DNA of 64,000 bases from Bdellovibrionales bacterium (GCA_965219095.1 CBDCMT010000001.1:1107262-1171261), one strand, 5' to 3'; shown: positions 47,170-57,800, numbered from the stretch's first letter. Made by a program: numbers and translations. The notes: generated by a model from the sequence alone, not told the origin.

Positions 47170-47268
47170 TTGAAAAGAGTATTTAAAAGAAAATCTGTAA
47201 GAGCAAGACTTTTATCTTAAAACAGGTCTAAAGTTAGGGATAACTGAACAATGTAGGTGAGCAGTTAC
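46681..47268 (-). mobile_element. IS66-family element, copy C3, 5' 588 bp only
   Basis: Terminus GTGAGCAGTTAC ending at 47268, the reverse complement of the left end. Homology stops at ...AAAGGTATGAGTGG (46681). Confidence 0.85.
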
Positions 47269-47401
47269 TAATTTTCTCCCTTTTAAGGATTTAAACCTTT
47301 TCTTTAAGCTTTAAAAAAAAAAAAATATTTTTGTAACTGCTTGAAATAATTAGCTTTTTTCATCATGGATGTCTTCTTGCAGTAAAAAGGAGGAGGTAAA
47401 T

Positions 47402-47479
47402 ATGAAAAAATTATTTTTTACGATGGCAATTTTCCTGAGCGGAATTACAGCGATGGCTGAATGCGATCATACCCCCTAG
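47402..47479 (+). CDS. 25-codon signal-peptide-like ORF, possibly the 5' part of a disrupted ~54-aa secreted peptide gene
   Basis: A strong Shine-Dalgarno AAAGGAGGAGG lies 5-6 nt upstream. The ORF is MKKLFFTMAIFLSGITAMAECDHTP-stop. The +1 frame stays open from 47481 to 47567, and the switch point is a C5 run (47472-47476). Confidence 0.3.
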   Translation: MKKLFFTMAIFLSGITAMAECDHTP

Positions 47480-47571
47480 AAAGTATCATTTAGAAGATAA
47501 CACAAATTCTGATTCTAATCAGAATGATCGCAGAGTTCAGCCTAAATCTTCTGAAGGACGGCAATAATTGA

Positions 47572-47615
47572 AACTCTGAAAAAATTTAAAAATATTTTTA
47601 AATTTTTTCAGAGTT
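47572..47615. terminator. 44-bp perfect palindrome between convergent genes (probable bidirectional terminator)
   Basis: AACTCTGAAAAAATTTAAAAATA/TATTTTTAAATTTTTTCAGAGTT is perfectly self-complementary. It sits between the small ORF (plus strand) and 47673-47963 (minus strand). Confidence 0.45.
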
Positions 47616-47672
47616 CGGGGATTAATGAGTTAAGAAGGCGTAAAAAGAAGTAGAAAAGAAAGAAGTTAATTT

Positions 47673-47963
47673 TCAAAGCTCTTTAGGCTTTTCATCCTTA
47701 TCTTTTTCGAGTTTGTCTTTATAGGATTCTTTTTTTCTATTAAGCTTTATTTTTTCCATAAGCTTTTCTGCTGAAAGGTTTTTAGATGCATATTCCCATA
47801 AGATTTTCAAGTTAATTTCTTGAAAGATAGAAGTGAGGGGAGATTTGTGAATCCAAGACCACAGCCTTTCTTCAAAGGTTTTCTTGCCCCATGAAATCTG
47901 CATAAAGATTACAAAGGCAATTGTCAGTACAAAACTTTTCAGTACAAGTACAAAAGAAGACAT
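47673..47963 (-). CDS. Small membrane-anchored hypothetical protein
   Basis: 96 aa with an N-terminal hydrophobic helix (FVLVLKSFVLTIAFVIFMQI) and a K/E-rich tail. Confidence 0.45.
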   Translation of the reverse strand: MSSFVLVLKSFVLTIAFVIFMQISWGKKTFEERLWSWIHKSPLTSIFQEINLKILWEYASKNLSAEKLMEKIKLNRKKESYKDKLEKDKDEKPKEL

Positions 47964-48017
47964 GCTAATATATTATAAGAAAGAAAAGGAGAAAAAAAAA
48001 CTCTTTTTATAGTAATT

Positions 48018-48668
48018 ATGGAAAAAATCCTTTCAAAGCTACTTGCCTTTGGTGCTAATTTAGTAGGATTTAAGGCTTACGGCTTTATTATTTTAATTTT
48101 GATAATTTGTGGATTAGGAGTCCCTATACCTGAAGACATTACTTTGATTTTAGCAGGTTTTCTTGCAAGTCAAGGTAATATTAGTCTTTCAGGAGCCTTT
48201 GTTGTAGGTTTTGTGGGTGTCCTCATTGGGGATACATTTTTATTTTTTTTAGGACGAAAGTTTGGTTACAGAGTTTTTAGACTTAAGTTGATAAAAGGGA
48301 TTTTTAGTGAAAAAAGACTTCAAAAGGCTAAAAATAGGATCCATAGAAATTCTAAGTTCATTTGTTTTACAGCGAGGTTTTTACCAGGACTTCGTGCCTC
48401 TATTTATCTTGTATCAGGAGCTATGAAAGTTTCACCCTTTGTTTTTTTATTTCTAGATGGTTTCGCAGCTCTTATTAGTGTTCCTATTTGGGTGTACCTA
48501 GGTTGGTATTTAGGAACAGAGATTGATTTTGAAAATTTATTTGAAAGTGAAGCATTCCAGCAGATTAAAGACATTCAATTCTACTTTTTTGCAGGCATAG
48601 TCTTTATTATTACTATTTATGTCGGTCGATCTTTTTATAAAAATTATAAAGCTAAAAGAGATCAATAA
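48018..48668 (+). CDS. dedA: DedA-family (SNARE-associated/VTT domain) membrane protein
   Basis: 216 aa. The motif GLGVPIPEDITLILAGFLA, the FLGRKFG context and multiple TM helices are typical of DedA. Confidence 0.8.
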   Translation: MEKILSKLLAFGANLVGFKAYGFIILILIICGLGVPIPEDITLILAGFLASQGNISLSGAFVVGFVGVLIGDTFLFFLGRKFGYRVFRLKLIKGIFSEKRLQKAKNRIHRNSKFICFTARFLPGLRASIYLVSGAMKVSPFVFLFLDGFAALISVPIWVYLGWYLGTEIDFENLFESEAFQQIKDIQFYFFAGIVFIITIYVGRSFYKNYKAKRDQ

Positions 48669-48729
48669 GTTTTTCCTTATAATCCTACATTCACTTTCCG
48701 TATGGCAGACTGTGAGAGTATAAAAATTT

Positions 48730-48796
48730 GCCTTCTCAAAAGAATCTGTGAATTTCCGGTGTTTCTGTCAGTTTTCCAAGGTTGTGATATAAGGCG
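48730..48796 (+). repeat. Diverged ~67-bp remnant of the ISL3 3' terminus
   Basis: GCCTTCTCAAAAGAATCTGTGAATTTCCGGTGTTTCTGTCAGTTTTCCAAGGTTGTGATATAAGGCG. Confidence 0.7.
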
Positions 48797-48915
48797 TTTT
48801 TAGAGCTAAATTGTGTAACTGATTTTTTCATTTCAAATTTTATCTCAGTTCCATTGTTCTGTTGTTAATTCCTATCTTCTTAGCTATCCTTGACCCCCCT
48901 TTCTTAGGCTAAAGT

Positions 48916-49172
48916 TATACCATTTCCAAAAATTAATTCGACATTCTTTTAACGTATAGTGCTCTGGCTTTTTGATCAAACTCTGTTAAATTTTTAGAGT
49001 GTCAAAAAAAGATTTAGTTACAAAGCTTCAAGGGTATGATTTTATAGCTACTTACAAAGTGGAAAGAAGTGTCAACATCAAGACAAAGCTCCAAGCTCTG
49101 CACCATATGCAAGAAGGAAAATCGATTCAAGAAACAGCTAGGTATGGTTTTGTATCATCGTCACAGTATCAA
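48916..49172 (+). mobile_element. IS630-like lineage B, left-end fragment with the first ~58 codons of the transposase
   Basis: Aligns with 37654-37910. The track ORF 48999-49211 runs on into the next fragment. Confidence 0.75.
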
Positions 49173-49173
49173 A

Positions 49174-49230
49174 TTAAAACTCAAGAACAGAGGCTTCTGA
49201 ACAATATATAAAAGTCAAAACTAGGGTAAT
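49174..49230 (+). mobile_element. IS982-family right-end fragment
   Basis: TTAAAACTCAAGAACAGAGGCTTCTGAACAATATATAAAAGTCAAAACTAGGGTAAT aligns with 6447-6503. Confidence 0.7.
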
Positions 49231-49274
49231 AGGAGCCTGTAATAATTACAGGCTCTTCTACAAGCTCTCTATTC

Positions 49275-49707
49275 TTATGGTTTGGGCTCACAAGTAATCT
49301 GTTCTCTATAAACTTTTATTAATGTTTCATTTAAAGTATTTAAAACATAAACCTTCTTATCCCAAGAACCTACGACAATTTTATTATCATTCATTATAGC
49401 AGGAAAGGAATAAACCAAGCCACCTGTTTTAAAAGAAGCTACTTTAAATAATTCATTACCTGAAAGCTCTAAAACATAAACCTTGAAATCATCAGAGCCT
49501 ATGACAATTTTATCATCATCCATTATAGCAGGAGAGGAACGAACCAAGCCATCTGTTCTAAAAGAAGCTACTTTAACTAACTTCTTACCCCTAAGCTCTA
49601 AAGCATAAACATTTTCATCATCAGAACCTATGACAATTGTTCCATTATTCATTATGGCAGGAGAGGAGCGAACCGCATCACCTGTTCTAAAAGAAGCTAC
49701 TTTAACT
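49275..49707 (-). pseudogene. Beta-propeller (PQQ/BamB-like repeat) protein, C-terminal fragment
   Basis: Four tandem ~40-aa repeats (…SSPAIM.D.KIVIGSDD.KVY.LEL…). The frame is open upstream of the track start to about 49715 with no start codon, and it ends at an IS66 terminal scar. Confidence 0.6.
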
Positions 49708-49725
49708 GTAACTGCTTACTCTCGT
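49708..49725 (-). repeat. 18-bp scar of an IS66 right terminus
   Basis: GTAACTGCTTACTCTCGT matches the reverse complement of the IS66 right end (GTAACTGCTCACTCTCGT) at 17 of 18 positions. Confidence 0.55.
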
Positions 49726-49782
49726 CACCACAGGCACACAGTAGTGATAGGTTATAAAAGAGTGGTTGGGTTGGGTGTCTTC

Positions 49783-50076
49783 TCATTTCTCCAAGCCTTT
49801 CTTCTTTTTTTCTTTAGCATTGTAAACTTGAAGAAAAATTTGCTTGTTTTGAAGTTTATCAATAAGAAGAGCTTGACCTCTTTTTAAAGACTTAAAAACA
49901 TCAAAATCCACTTTCATCTTTTTGGTGTTAAAAAGTGAACCTAAGCCTGTTTTTATAGCACTTCCTTGAAGAATTTGGCTTTGAGCTTTTAGGATTGCAA
50001 GGTCTTGAGATTCTCCTTCTATCTTCATAAGAAGCCTTAAATTCTTTTTTTGTTTTTTATACTGTTTAAATTTCAT
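49783..50076 (-). CDS. Hypothetical basic protein (97 aa)
   Basis: The ORF starts 2 nt after the stop of 50079-50327. The two may be halves of one disrupted gene. I recognise no family. Confidence 0.35.
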   Translation of the reverse strand: MKFKQYKKQKKNLRLLMKIEGESQDLAILKAQSQILQGSAIKTGLGSLFNTKKMKVDFDVFKSLKRGQALLIDKLQNKQIFLQVYNAKEKKKKGLEK

Positions 50077-50078
50077 GT

Positions 50079-50327
50079 CTATATGATCTTGATTTGAAGG
50101 TGTTTTGCGTTTTTGAGTTCAAAAACATGTTCATCAGTGATAAGAGAAATGGATTTTTGAACAAAGTTTTTTGGGTTTATTTTCTTAGCATAAGAGCTTT
50201 GATTAGCTTTTTTAAAAAGATCTTTTGTTTTTAAAAAAGTACGTTTTTCAAGAATAAGACGTGCTACTTTCTTCTTAACTTTTATGCCTTCTCTTTTTGT
50301 GTCTTTATTTAATTTATTTCTTTTCAT
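50079..50327 (-). CDS. Hypothetical basic protein (82 aa)
   Basis: The ORF start codon lies only 20 nt from the IS66 copy C4 terminus, so its native promoter region is displaced. Confidence 0.35.
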   Translation of the reverse strand: MKRNKLNKDTKREGIKVKKKVARLILEKRTFLKTKDLFKKANQSSYAKKINPKNFVQKSISLITDEHVFELKNAKHLQIKII

Positions 50328-50347
50328 AAATAAACCTTTCTTTTTTA

Positions 50348-51880
50348 GTAACTGCTCACCTACATTGTTCAGTTATCCTTAACTTTAGACCTGTTTTAAG
50401 ATAAAAGTCTTGCTCTTACAGATTTTCTTTTAAATACTTTTTTCAAATGACAATAAATAAGACCTCCATCAGAAATGAGATTGAAAATATAAGAAGTGAC
50501 TTTGATAAGTTTGCAAAGAAAGGTTCTGTGCCTACTGAGATTTCTGTGATTGTTGAATCTCTCTTTAAGGTTGTGAACATTCTGATTGTTGTGCTTTTAG
50601 AAAAACAGGTTCGAAAAAATTCCAGCAACAGCGGTCTTCCTCCTTCGCAAGATTTTAGTCGTCAAGGGAATCGTAATAAGAAAGCTAGTGGGAGTCAAAA
50701 AAAGGGCTCTAGACTTGATAACAGTAAAGATACAAACAGTGAGGAGACTGTCTCTCCCTCAGAGTGTTCTCAGTGTGGGATGTTTTTAAAGACAGCAGAG
50801 GTAAAAAGCCTTGAGAAGCGTAAAAAGATTGATATTTTTTATGAAATTCAAACCCATACTGTAACTTCTGAGGTTAAGGATTGTCCCTCATGTGGAGCTA
50901 GAAATAAAGGTCAATTCCCTAAAGGTATGAGTGGTCCTCTTCAGTATGGTATAGGCATTAGAGCTTCCATCATCAATTTCATTATAGTTCAGATGCTGTC
51001 TTTTAGAGCGTGTTGGGGAACATTACATGGGGCTTATAGGTCGAATGATTTCTCCTGCAGTTATGTTGAGATACATTGCTGAATTAGGAGAGTTTCTTAA
51101 AAGTTGGGAAGAGCAGATGAAAGAAAAGATACTTGAATCAGAGGTCATTCATGTTGATGAGACCTCTATGAGGGTTAAGGGTAAAAACTACTGGATTCAT
51201 ACTTATAGTTCAGGAGAATTAGTCTTGCAGTTTCTCCACCTTTCAGGTGGAAGGGAAGCCATAAAAGATATTGGTCTCTTGGATAGATATGCAGGAGTGC
51301 TTGTGCATGATTGTTGGAGTCCTTACTTTTGTTATGATAAGATAACTCATGCTTTGTGTGTGGCTCACCTTTTGAGAGAGCTTAAATTTATAGAAGAAAG
51401 CAATGGATTCAAATGGGCTACAAATCTCAAAAAACTTCTTAAAGAGACTGTGGAGCTAGTTCATAAAAAAGAGTCAAGAGTTCTGACTCAAAAAGAGTAC
51501 GAAACTCTTCAGAGAAGGTATAGGAGTATTCTTACAAAAGGCTTAAAAGAGCTTCCAGAATTTCCTAAGAAAAATGGCAAGAAAGGACGAATAAAGCATA
51601 CACAAGCTCAAAACCTTTGGCTGCGATTTAAAAAGTATGAAGCAGAAATACTGTGTTTTGCTAAAAGAAAGAACGTAGATCCTACTAATAACAGAGCTGA
51701 AAGAGATCTAAGAATGACTAAGGTGAAAAAGAAAGTGTCAGGGTGTTTCAGAACAGAAGAAATGGCGAAATATTTTTGTCGTATTACCAGCTATGTTAAA
51801 ACAATGAGAAATAGAGGGTATTCTTCTTTAGAAGCCATCTCTATGGCTTTAAATAAAAACTTACGAGAGTGAGCAGTTAC
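50348..51880 (+). mobile_element. IS66-family element, copy C4, full length, with target-site duplication
   Basis: 12-bp perfect termini GTAACTGCTCAC (50348-50359) and GTGAGCAGTTAC (51869-51880). An 8-bp direct repeat CTTTTTTA lies at 50340-50347 and 51881-51888. Confidence 0.9.
50447..51872 (+). pseudogene. IS66-family transposase, full-length coding region split by one frameshift
   Basis: ORFs 50447-51082 (coiled-coil N-terminus, CPSCG zinc finger) and 51027-51872 (DDE part). Copy C1 reads through this point in one frame (QMLSFQRVGEHYMGLIGRMI). Confidence 0.85.
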
Positions 51881-52823
51881 CTTTTTTATTCTTTTAATTT
51901 CTAACTTAAGTGATAGTTTTTTATTTTTTTTCACCCTTTAGCTTAAGAGTTTTTAAAAAAGCTGAAATAGGGGTCAGGCAGGTTTTTTAAATTTGCAAGA
52001 GATAGCTAGAAAATAAATAATTTCAATAAGTTATAATGCTTAAAAATATTTTTTCACTGTGGAGTTTTCATCATCAATTCATCACTTGTTTTTACTCCCT
52101 TTTTTGTTTTTTAAAAGAGTCTTTTTCTTTTTTTTAAAAACTACAATCTCTCTTCTCTAAAATGGGCTAAGCTCATTAAATTTTTATCCATGAAATCCTC
52201 AAACAGGCTATAAAAATCTTAGAAGGGCTATTAAAAAAAAAAGACTTTTTTCTTCATCCATTAAGCTATTTCTTCTTCTTTTTTTAAAAAAAATGTATAA
52301 AACAGCTAAATTTCAGGCTTTGAAAGTAGCTTTTTAAAGCTCTTTGAAGCCGATTTTTTGACCTGTAGCTACATAGGATTTGAACCCTGTAAAAACTCTT
52401 TTTTATCTTTTAGAGATATAACATTTTCTGTCTATGGCCTCCTTTTCTTTTATGAAGCGTTGGCATGGGTATTCTTTTTTCTTATTTCTTCGAACAAATA
52501 GAGCTTATCTTGACCGGACATGGAAAATTTCCCCCTCACTATAGGGGAGGTGCTAACCCCCATGGGGGTTAGATTCCTTCTAAGTAATTGAATTTCTTGG
52601 TTTTTTTGTTTTTTAGCTTCTGAACTGGAAATGTTTAATTTTTTAGAAATCTTTCGTTCTGTCAAGTCTCATAGAGGGCCATTTGAATCACACTTTTTTT
52701 TTACTTGAAAGTAACTGAGAGTAGATTTTTTTAAGAAGCTGACCTAAAAATTCATCTTTATAAAGCTGCTTTTGGATTTTCTTTTTGCTACTCCTTAAAC
52801 CTCATCTCGATACGATCCTGATT

Positions 52824-54387
52824 AGTCGAACGTGAAAAATTGACAAAAGCCTAGGATTTTTATGCTGTATGATCTTTATTCCTGTTACTTTCTACTATAG
52901 AGGGTTAAATATTTTTTCATAACTTAAACAAAACAGTAGTTTTCAAGAAGGCGTACAGGCCTTTTAAGCCATTTCAGTGAAAAAAACGAAAAAAGACGCA
53001 CCTCTAGCATTAACTTTCTAAAATTTTGAGAAACTCCTGATAAAAGACTATTAATAGCATCCCCTTGTGATCCTAATAAAAAGTTCCTTCCCATACGAGA
53101 ATCTATTTTCATATGACCAATGATTGCCTCAACTGAACTTCTTCTTCTGTGAAGTTTTCTTTTGTAGGGACTTAATGTTTTACTCATTCCCCCAATATGA
53201 ACATTAACTCCCGAAGGATGATGCTCTTTGCCACGATAACCTTTATCTACATACAAATTTTTTGCCTTAACCTTTGTTAAGGATTCAACTTGAGATAAGG
53301 CTGGCTTTAAACTGTGAACATCTGATACATTTTTTTCAAATGACTTTACCCCTAAAACCCAGCAATTTTTTGATGAAGTTGCCACACTCACCTTATTGCC
53401 AAATTCATATTTTTTATGGGCTTTGCCCTTCCCTATGCAATAAACCTCAGGAGCATGAACACTATACACCTTGTTCTTATCCCCTCTTTTTTGGTTATAA
53501 ATTCTTACACATAAAGATAAACATCTTTTTAAAGATGTATTCTCTTCCAAGAACTTAGGACCTCCTTTTCTTGTAACATCTCTTATCACACGACCTAGAT
53601 AAGTATGAAGCTTTCTTTGCTGTTTTCTTGCTAAACGTATTTTTCTTGTATGAGCATAACGAGCATTCTTAAACAAACACTCCTTGGCCTTTCTTTTATA
53701 GCTTTGACGTAAAACTAAACCCTCTTTTTTAGCCCTGTGAACTAAAGTCTTTAAAGCTTTGTAATAAAGACGGCTGTCTGTAGGAAAAGCTATTGCTTTC
53801 TCTTGAACAGTTGTATCAACAACTACATTCTCAAACTCTTTTTTTTTTACAAAATCCTCTCTCAAAGCTAAATCAATGGTTTCCTCTAAGAGAACTTCTA
53901 TCTTCTCAGCCCCCATCCTCTTTCTCCAGTTAGTCAATGAACTTCTATCACAGGGATCTTCATAAGAATAAAAAGGCTGACCACAAAAATACTGCCATTG
54001 AGGACTCTCTTTGAACATTTCTATTGTCTTCTCGTCACTTAAATTATAAATGTATTTCAAGCACTGAAGTCCCACCATTAAACGAGTTGAAAGACCTGGA
54101 CGACCTTTTTTTTCATCATACTTCGAACCAAAATCTTTATCAAAACGATCCCAGTCTATTTTATTAGCTAAAATGACAAGCGGATGCTTCTTATGAACAA
54201 TGTCGTTTACTCTAAAATTAAGAGGGCTTCTCTTTTGTGTGCTGAACATGTCTTTTGGCCTCATCTTTTTTCCTTTCTGTTTTGCAAGGTTTTTTATCTG
54301 TTTTTCCACTTCCTTGCAATTATTTTTATGCAAAAATTACAAAAAAACAAGTGTTTTTAGCTGTTTGTGCATTTTTCACGTTCGACT
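52824..54387 (-). mobile_element. IS5-family element, complete
   Basis: 17-bp inverted termini AGTCGAACGTGAAAAAT (52824-52840) and ATTTTTCACGTTCGACT (54371-54387). A possible 4-bp direct repeat GATT lies at 52820-52823 and 54388-54391. Confidence 0.75.
52924..54333 (-). CDS. IS5-family transposase (InsH-like N-terminus plus DDE_Tnp_1)
   Basis: 469 aa with KGRPGLSTRLMVGLQCLKYIYNLSDE, DTTVQEKAIAFPTDSRLY, YVDKGYRG and SVEAIIGHMK. Confidence 0.85.
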   Translation of the reverse strand: MHKNNCKEVEKQIKNLAKQKGKKMRPKDMFSTQKRSPLNFRVNDIVHKKHPLVILANKIDWDRFDKDFGSKYDEKKGRPGLSTRLMVGLQCLKYIYNLSDEKTIEMFKESPQWQYFCGQPFYSYEDPCDRSSLTNWRKRMGAEKIEVLLEETIDLALREDFVKKKEFENVVVDTTVQEKAIAFPTDSRLYYKALKTLVHRAKKEGLVLRQSYKRKAKECLFKNARYAHTRKIRLARKQQRKLHTYLGRVIRDVTRKGGPKFLEENTSLKRCLSLCVRIYNQKRGDKNKVYSVHAPEVYCIGKGKAHKKYEFGNKVSVATSSKNCWVLGVKSFEKNVSDVHSLKPALSQVESLTKVKAKNLYVDKGYRGKEHHPSGVNVHIGGMSKTLSPYKRKLHRRRSSVEAIIGHMKIDSRMGRNFLLGSQGDAINSLLSGVSQNFRKLMLEVRLFSFFSLKWLKRPVRLLENYCFV

Positions 54388-54461
54388 GATTAGAAAGTGT
54401 TTCATCTCTTAAGCTCAAATAAATGATTCTCTGTTTTAAGAGAAAGGGCTTTTTTGAAAAT

Positions 54462-54503
54462 ATCTTTGGCTTTAAATAAAAACTTACGAGAGTGAGCAGT
54501 TAC
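54462..54503 (+). repeat. ~42-bp remnant of the IS66 right end
   Basis: ATCTTTGGCTTTAAATAAAAACTTACGAGAGTGAGCAGTTAC matches the last ~42 bp of the IS66 copies. Confidence 0.75.
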
Positions 54504-54845
54504 AAAATAAAATTATGAAAAAGAATGTAATAACTACAGAGCGTAGTGGATTTTATATAAGGAAACTCTCCTTCTTCCATAATGAATCAAAAAAGGGAAG
54601 TTCTAGAAAGTTACTGAAGGTGTTCCTAAATCTATTTTACAAAATTCCAAGGCATAAAAGGCTAACCAACCCATACATGATCAAACAGTAGCATATAATA
54701 ATTACACTCTTTACTTAAATCACAATTTTTGCTAATACATTATACACTGAATCGTAACTTCAAAAACCCTCTTTTTATCTAAGCTATAAAAATAGGCTTT
54801 TAAAGCACAATTAGTATAGTAAAAATCATATGAAAGGAAAGGATT

Positions 54846-57800
54846 TTGAAAAATTTTAAAAAAAAGTATCTTGTTGCTTTATCCTCTATGTTGGCTCATC
54901 AAGCCTTTGCAGGTTTTATGTCTTTAAACCCTCTGTTCCATCCCTTAGCTAATGATTTAGTTTGCAACGAAGAAACAAAATTTCTTTGCAAAAAAATAGG
55001 CTTAAAGAAAGAAGAAGTTATTGATACAGAAAAACTTCTCAGCCAATCAGACTTCAAAATAGACTACTCCCTTTTTAATCCTAAGGAGAGTGATATTTGG
55101 AAAAATAGAAAGCCTATTAAAATTTCTAATCCTCGTTTAATAGAAGATCATAAGAAGGTTAAATTTAGAGAAGTGTCTCCTGTGGGATCTGGCATGTTTC
55201 GATTTCTTATAGAAGATAAAAAGGGACAGCAATATCGTTTTATTATTGGAAGGAAGTCTCACAATATTTTATTACGGCGGGCCCTTCTAAGAAAGCTGGG
55301 ATATATCGTTCCTGATTCCAGTCACGTTAAAAAAGTGTCCGTTGAATTCAAAAACTCTGTAGCATGGAGGACTTTTCTAAAAAACATGTCCTACGGTGTA
55401 GGAACTTCTAACTTATCTAGATGGGTGACTAATATAGATAAAAAATCTCTGGAAGATCATCCAGACAAAACAAAATGGGTTATCAGAAAAGAAGCCTCAT
55501 ATGAGAAGAACACATTAATTCTACAAGATGTTATTGTTACAACATCTTGGGATCAACTGTACGATTTATCTATCGTCTTCATTAGTTCTGTTATGAAGAA
55601 CAGAAGAGTTTTCAATTCTCTTCTGATTCCTTATGCTTTAGTTGATGTACCAGAAAGTTTCAATAAATTCAATTGGAATATGGGAAAACAAACCAACGAA
55701 CAAATTTTTTTTAAAAGTGATTTCTTAAAAGACTTTCGTATGGGATATGAAGATGGGAAATGGATAGCAAAAAAAATACTTGATCTTGAAAGAAAAGATT
55801 TTGAAGACATTGTTAAAGAAGCTGCACTTCCTCAACCTGTATCTCTTCTAGCTATAGAAAAACTCATTTCTAGGAGGAATTCTTTGTGCCTTATTTTCTT
55901 TCCTAATAAACAGTCATGTATTATGGAAATTGATTTTAAAAAAACAGATCCGCAACATCCTCATCTTTTGAAAAACGGTCGCCTCCTCTTAGATACTAAA
56001 AATGGTGATCCTAAAGATTCAGACCATTGGTGGGAGGGTTATGGCTCTCGATTTTCTTATGGCCCTGATGAAGCTCCTCTTTCACGAAAAGAAATGACAG
56101 CCTTTTTTACATCTCAAATCTTTAGTAATCTTATCTCTAATTTTGTAAGTGATATCAACAAAGATTTTCTCCCTAACTCAGATAACAGTATTCAAAGGAA
56201 AGCCTATAAAGAGTATACTGAAGATTATCAAAACCAAATCATCGAAAGAATCATGGAGGGTAAAGAACCTAAAAATAGAATCACCTCTCTTAAAAATTGG
56301 TCAAAAGATATTCTTTATGTTCGCCTAAATGCTTCTCGAGATATTATTTTTGGAGGTTATTTAGGAACAAGCCACAACATTCAATTAGTTCACTCTTTTG
56401 GATGGGCTGTAGATGCAGGTTGGTTTTTAGGATCTCATGGTGGTCCTAGGGATCTCTCTCTTTCTGGAAGATCTGGCTTAGCTTACTCAGAAAATTACAC
56501 GCAAGTCACCCCCTCTATAAGTATAAAAGAGGCCAATAAGACTCCTTATAAAAACATCTTTGTTCATTTTATGATGAAAAAAGTAAGTGAGAAATTAAAC
56601 AAGGTAAATGATCTGAAAAAAAAGAAAGAGATGGATTTTCAAAACAATCCTCAATCTACGAAAAAAATAAAAGAGGAGGAAGAAAAATTAAGAAACGAAT
56701 TAAGTGAAATTTTAAATGAGCATTTAAAGGTGGGAGAATCTTTTATCATTACAAGAAATATAGGACCTTTTGCAGCTTTAAATGCCATTTTATCTATCAG
56801 CCCTCATACAAAATTATCTTTGAATTTAAGAAATCAAATTACAGAGTTAGAAAGAGTTCATATTCTTAGAAAAGACCAAAATACAGTTCACATTTATTCC
56901 TCTAATGCTACTCGTTTTAATTGGGGCTTCACTCTACAATTAAGAAAATGGATACCTATTTTTACTTATAAAAATAGAAAGGCCAGATCTGTTCTGAAGC
57001 CTGTAAATGTAAAATTCCTTTCTTTAAATATACTTCCAGACATCAAAAAAAACCCTGAATTTGAACAAAATTCTATAGTTTTGAAGAACTTTTTTTCTGA
57101 ACCTTTAAGCACAGAAAATATTTCAGATTTCATTGATGCGAAAGATTATGTTGAACTATCTAGCCATTTTACAGAAAGTTTCAAAGATTTTAAATTTTTA
57201 TGGCAATCCTCATCCACTTTAGAGCAAAATAATATTATTAAAGTAAAAGAATACAAAAATAAGGAGCCTTTTCAAAAAAAATTCATTTGGGCATCTTCAG
57301 GTAAAAGGACTGGAGTTAATTATCAAAGTGTATTTCTTGATATCTTAAACCATATTATAGAAGAAAATTTAGGCCTTGAAGACATTAATGTGGGATTAAC
57401 AAACACAAATCGACCTTCAGAAACTATTTTTGGCCATTCTACAGTCCAGCAGTCTTTCTATGAGGGAGTGATCGAAGAAGAAACACAAAACGTAAAAGAA
57501 GCTTTTGTCAACGTTTCTTATCGCTGGAAAGGCTGGGCTCTTTCTAAAGAAAAGCTGGAAGCATTAATACGCAAACTCAATTCCTTTCAAAAATCCTTAC
57601 AGGTCAAAACAAACCTTCCACCTCTTCCTATTAGTTCTTTTTCTCTAACAAATCAGCTTCAACTTTATTCTATCTTTTATAATATTTATATCTATGAAAA
57701 AGGAATCCAAAATATAGCTAATTGGGGAAAGCCTTTGGACTCACATAAATTAGATAAAAAAAATTATGAAAAAAGAAGATCCGAAAATCTTTACAAACTT

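Noticed and set aside
49783-50327. The idea that the two small basic ORFs are remnants of a conjugative coupling protein (T4CP) C-terminus
   Set aside because: This rests only on a vague resemblance (…SLKRGQALLID…). No Walker motifs or other conjugation genes are nearby, so it cannot be supported from sequence alone.
52359-52390. tRNA-like T-arm (minus strand ACAGGGTTCAAATCCTATGTAGCTA)
   Set aside because: Only 3 of 5 T-stem pairs form. I could not find a matching 5' acceptor strand, D-arm or anticodon arm in the adjacent ~60 nt. At best it is a decayed tRNA 3' remnant.
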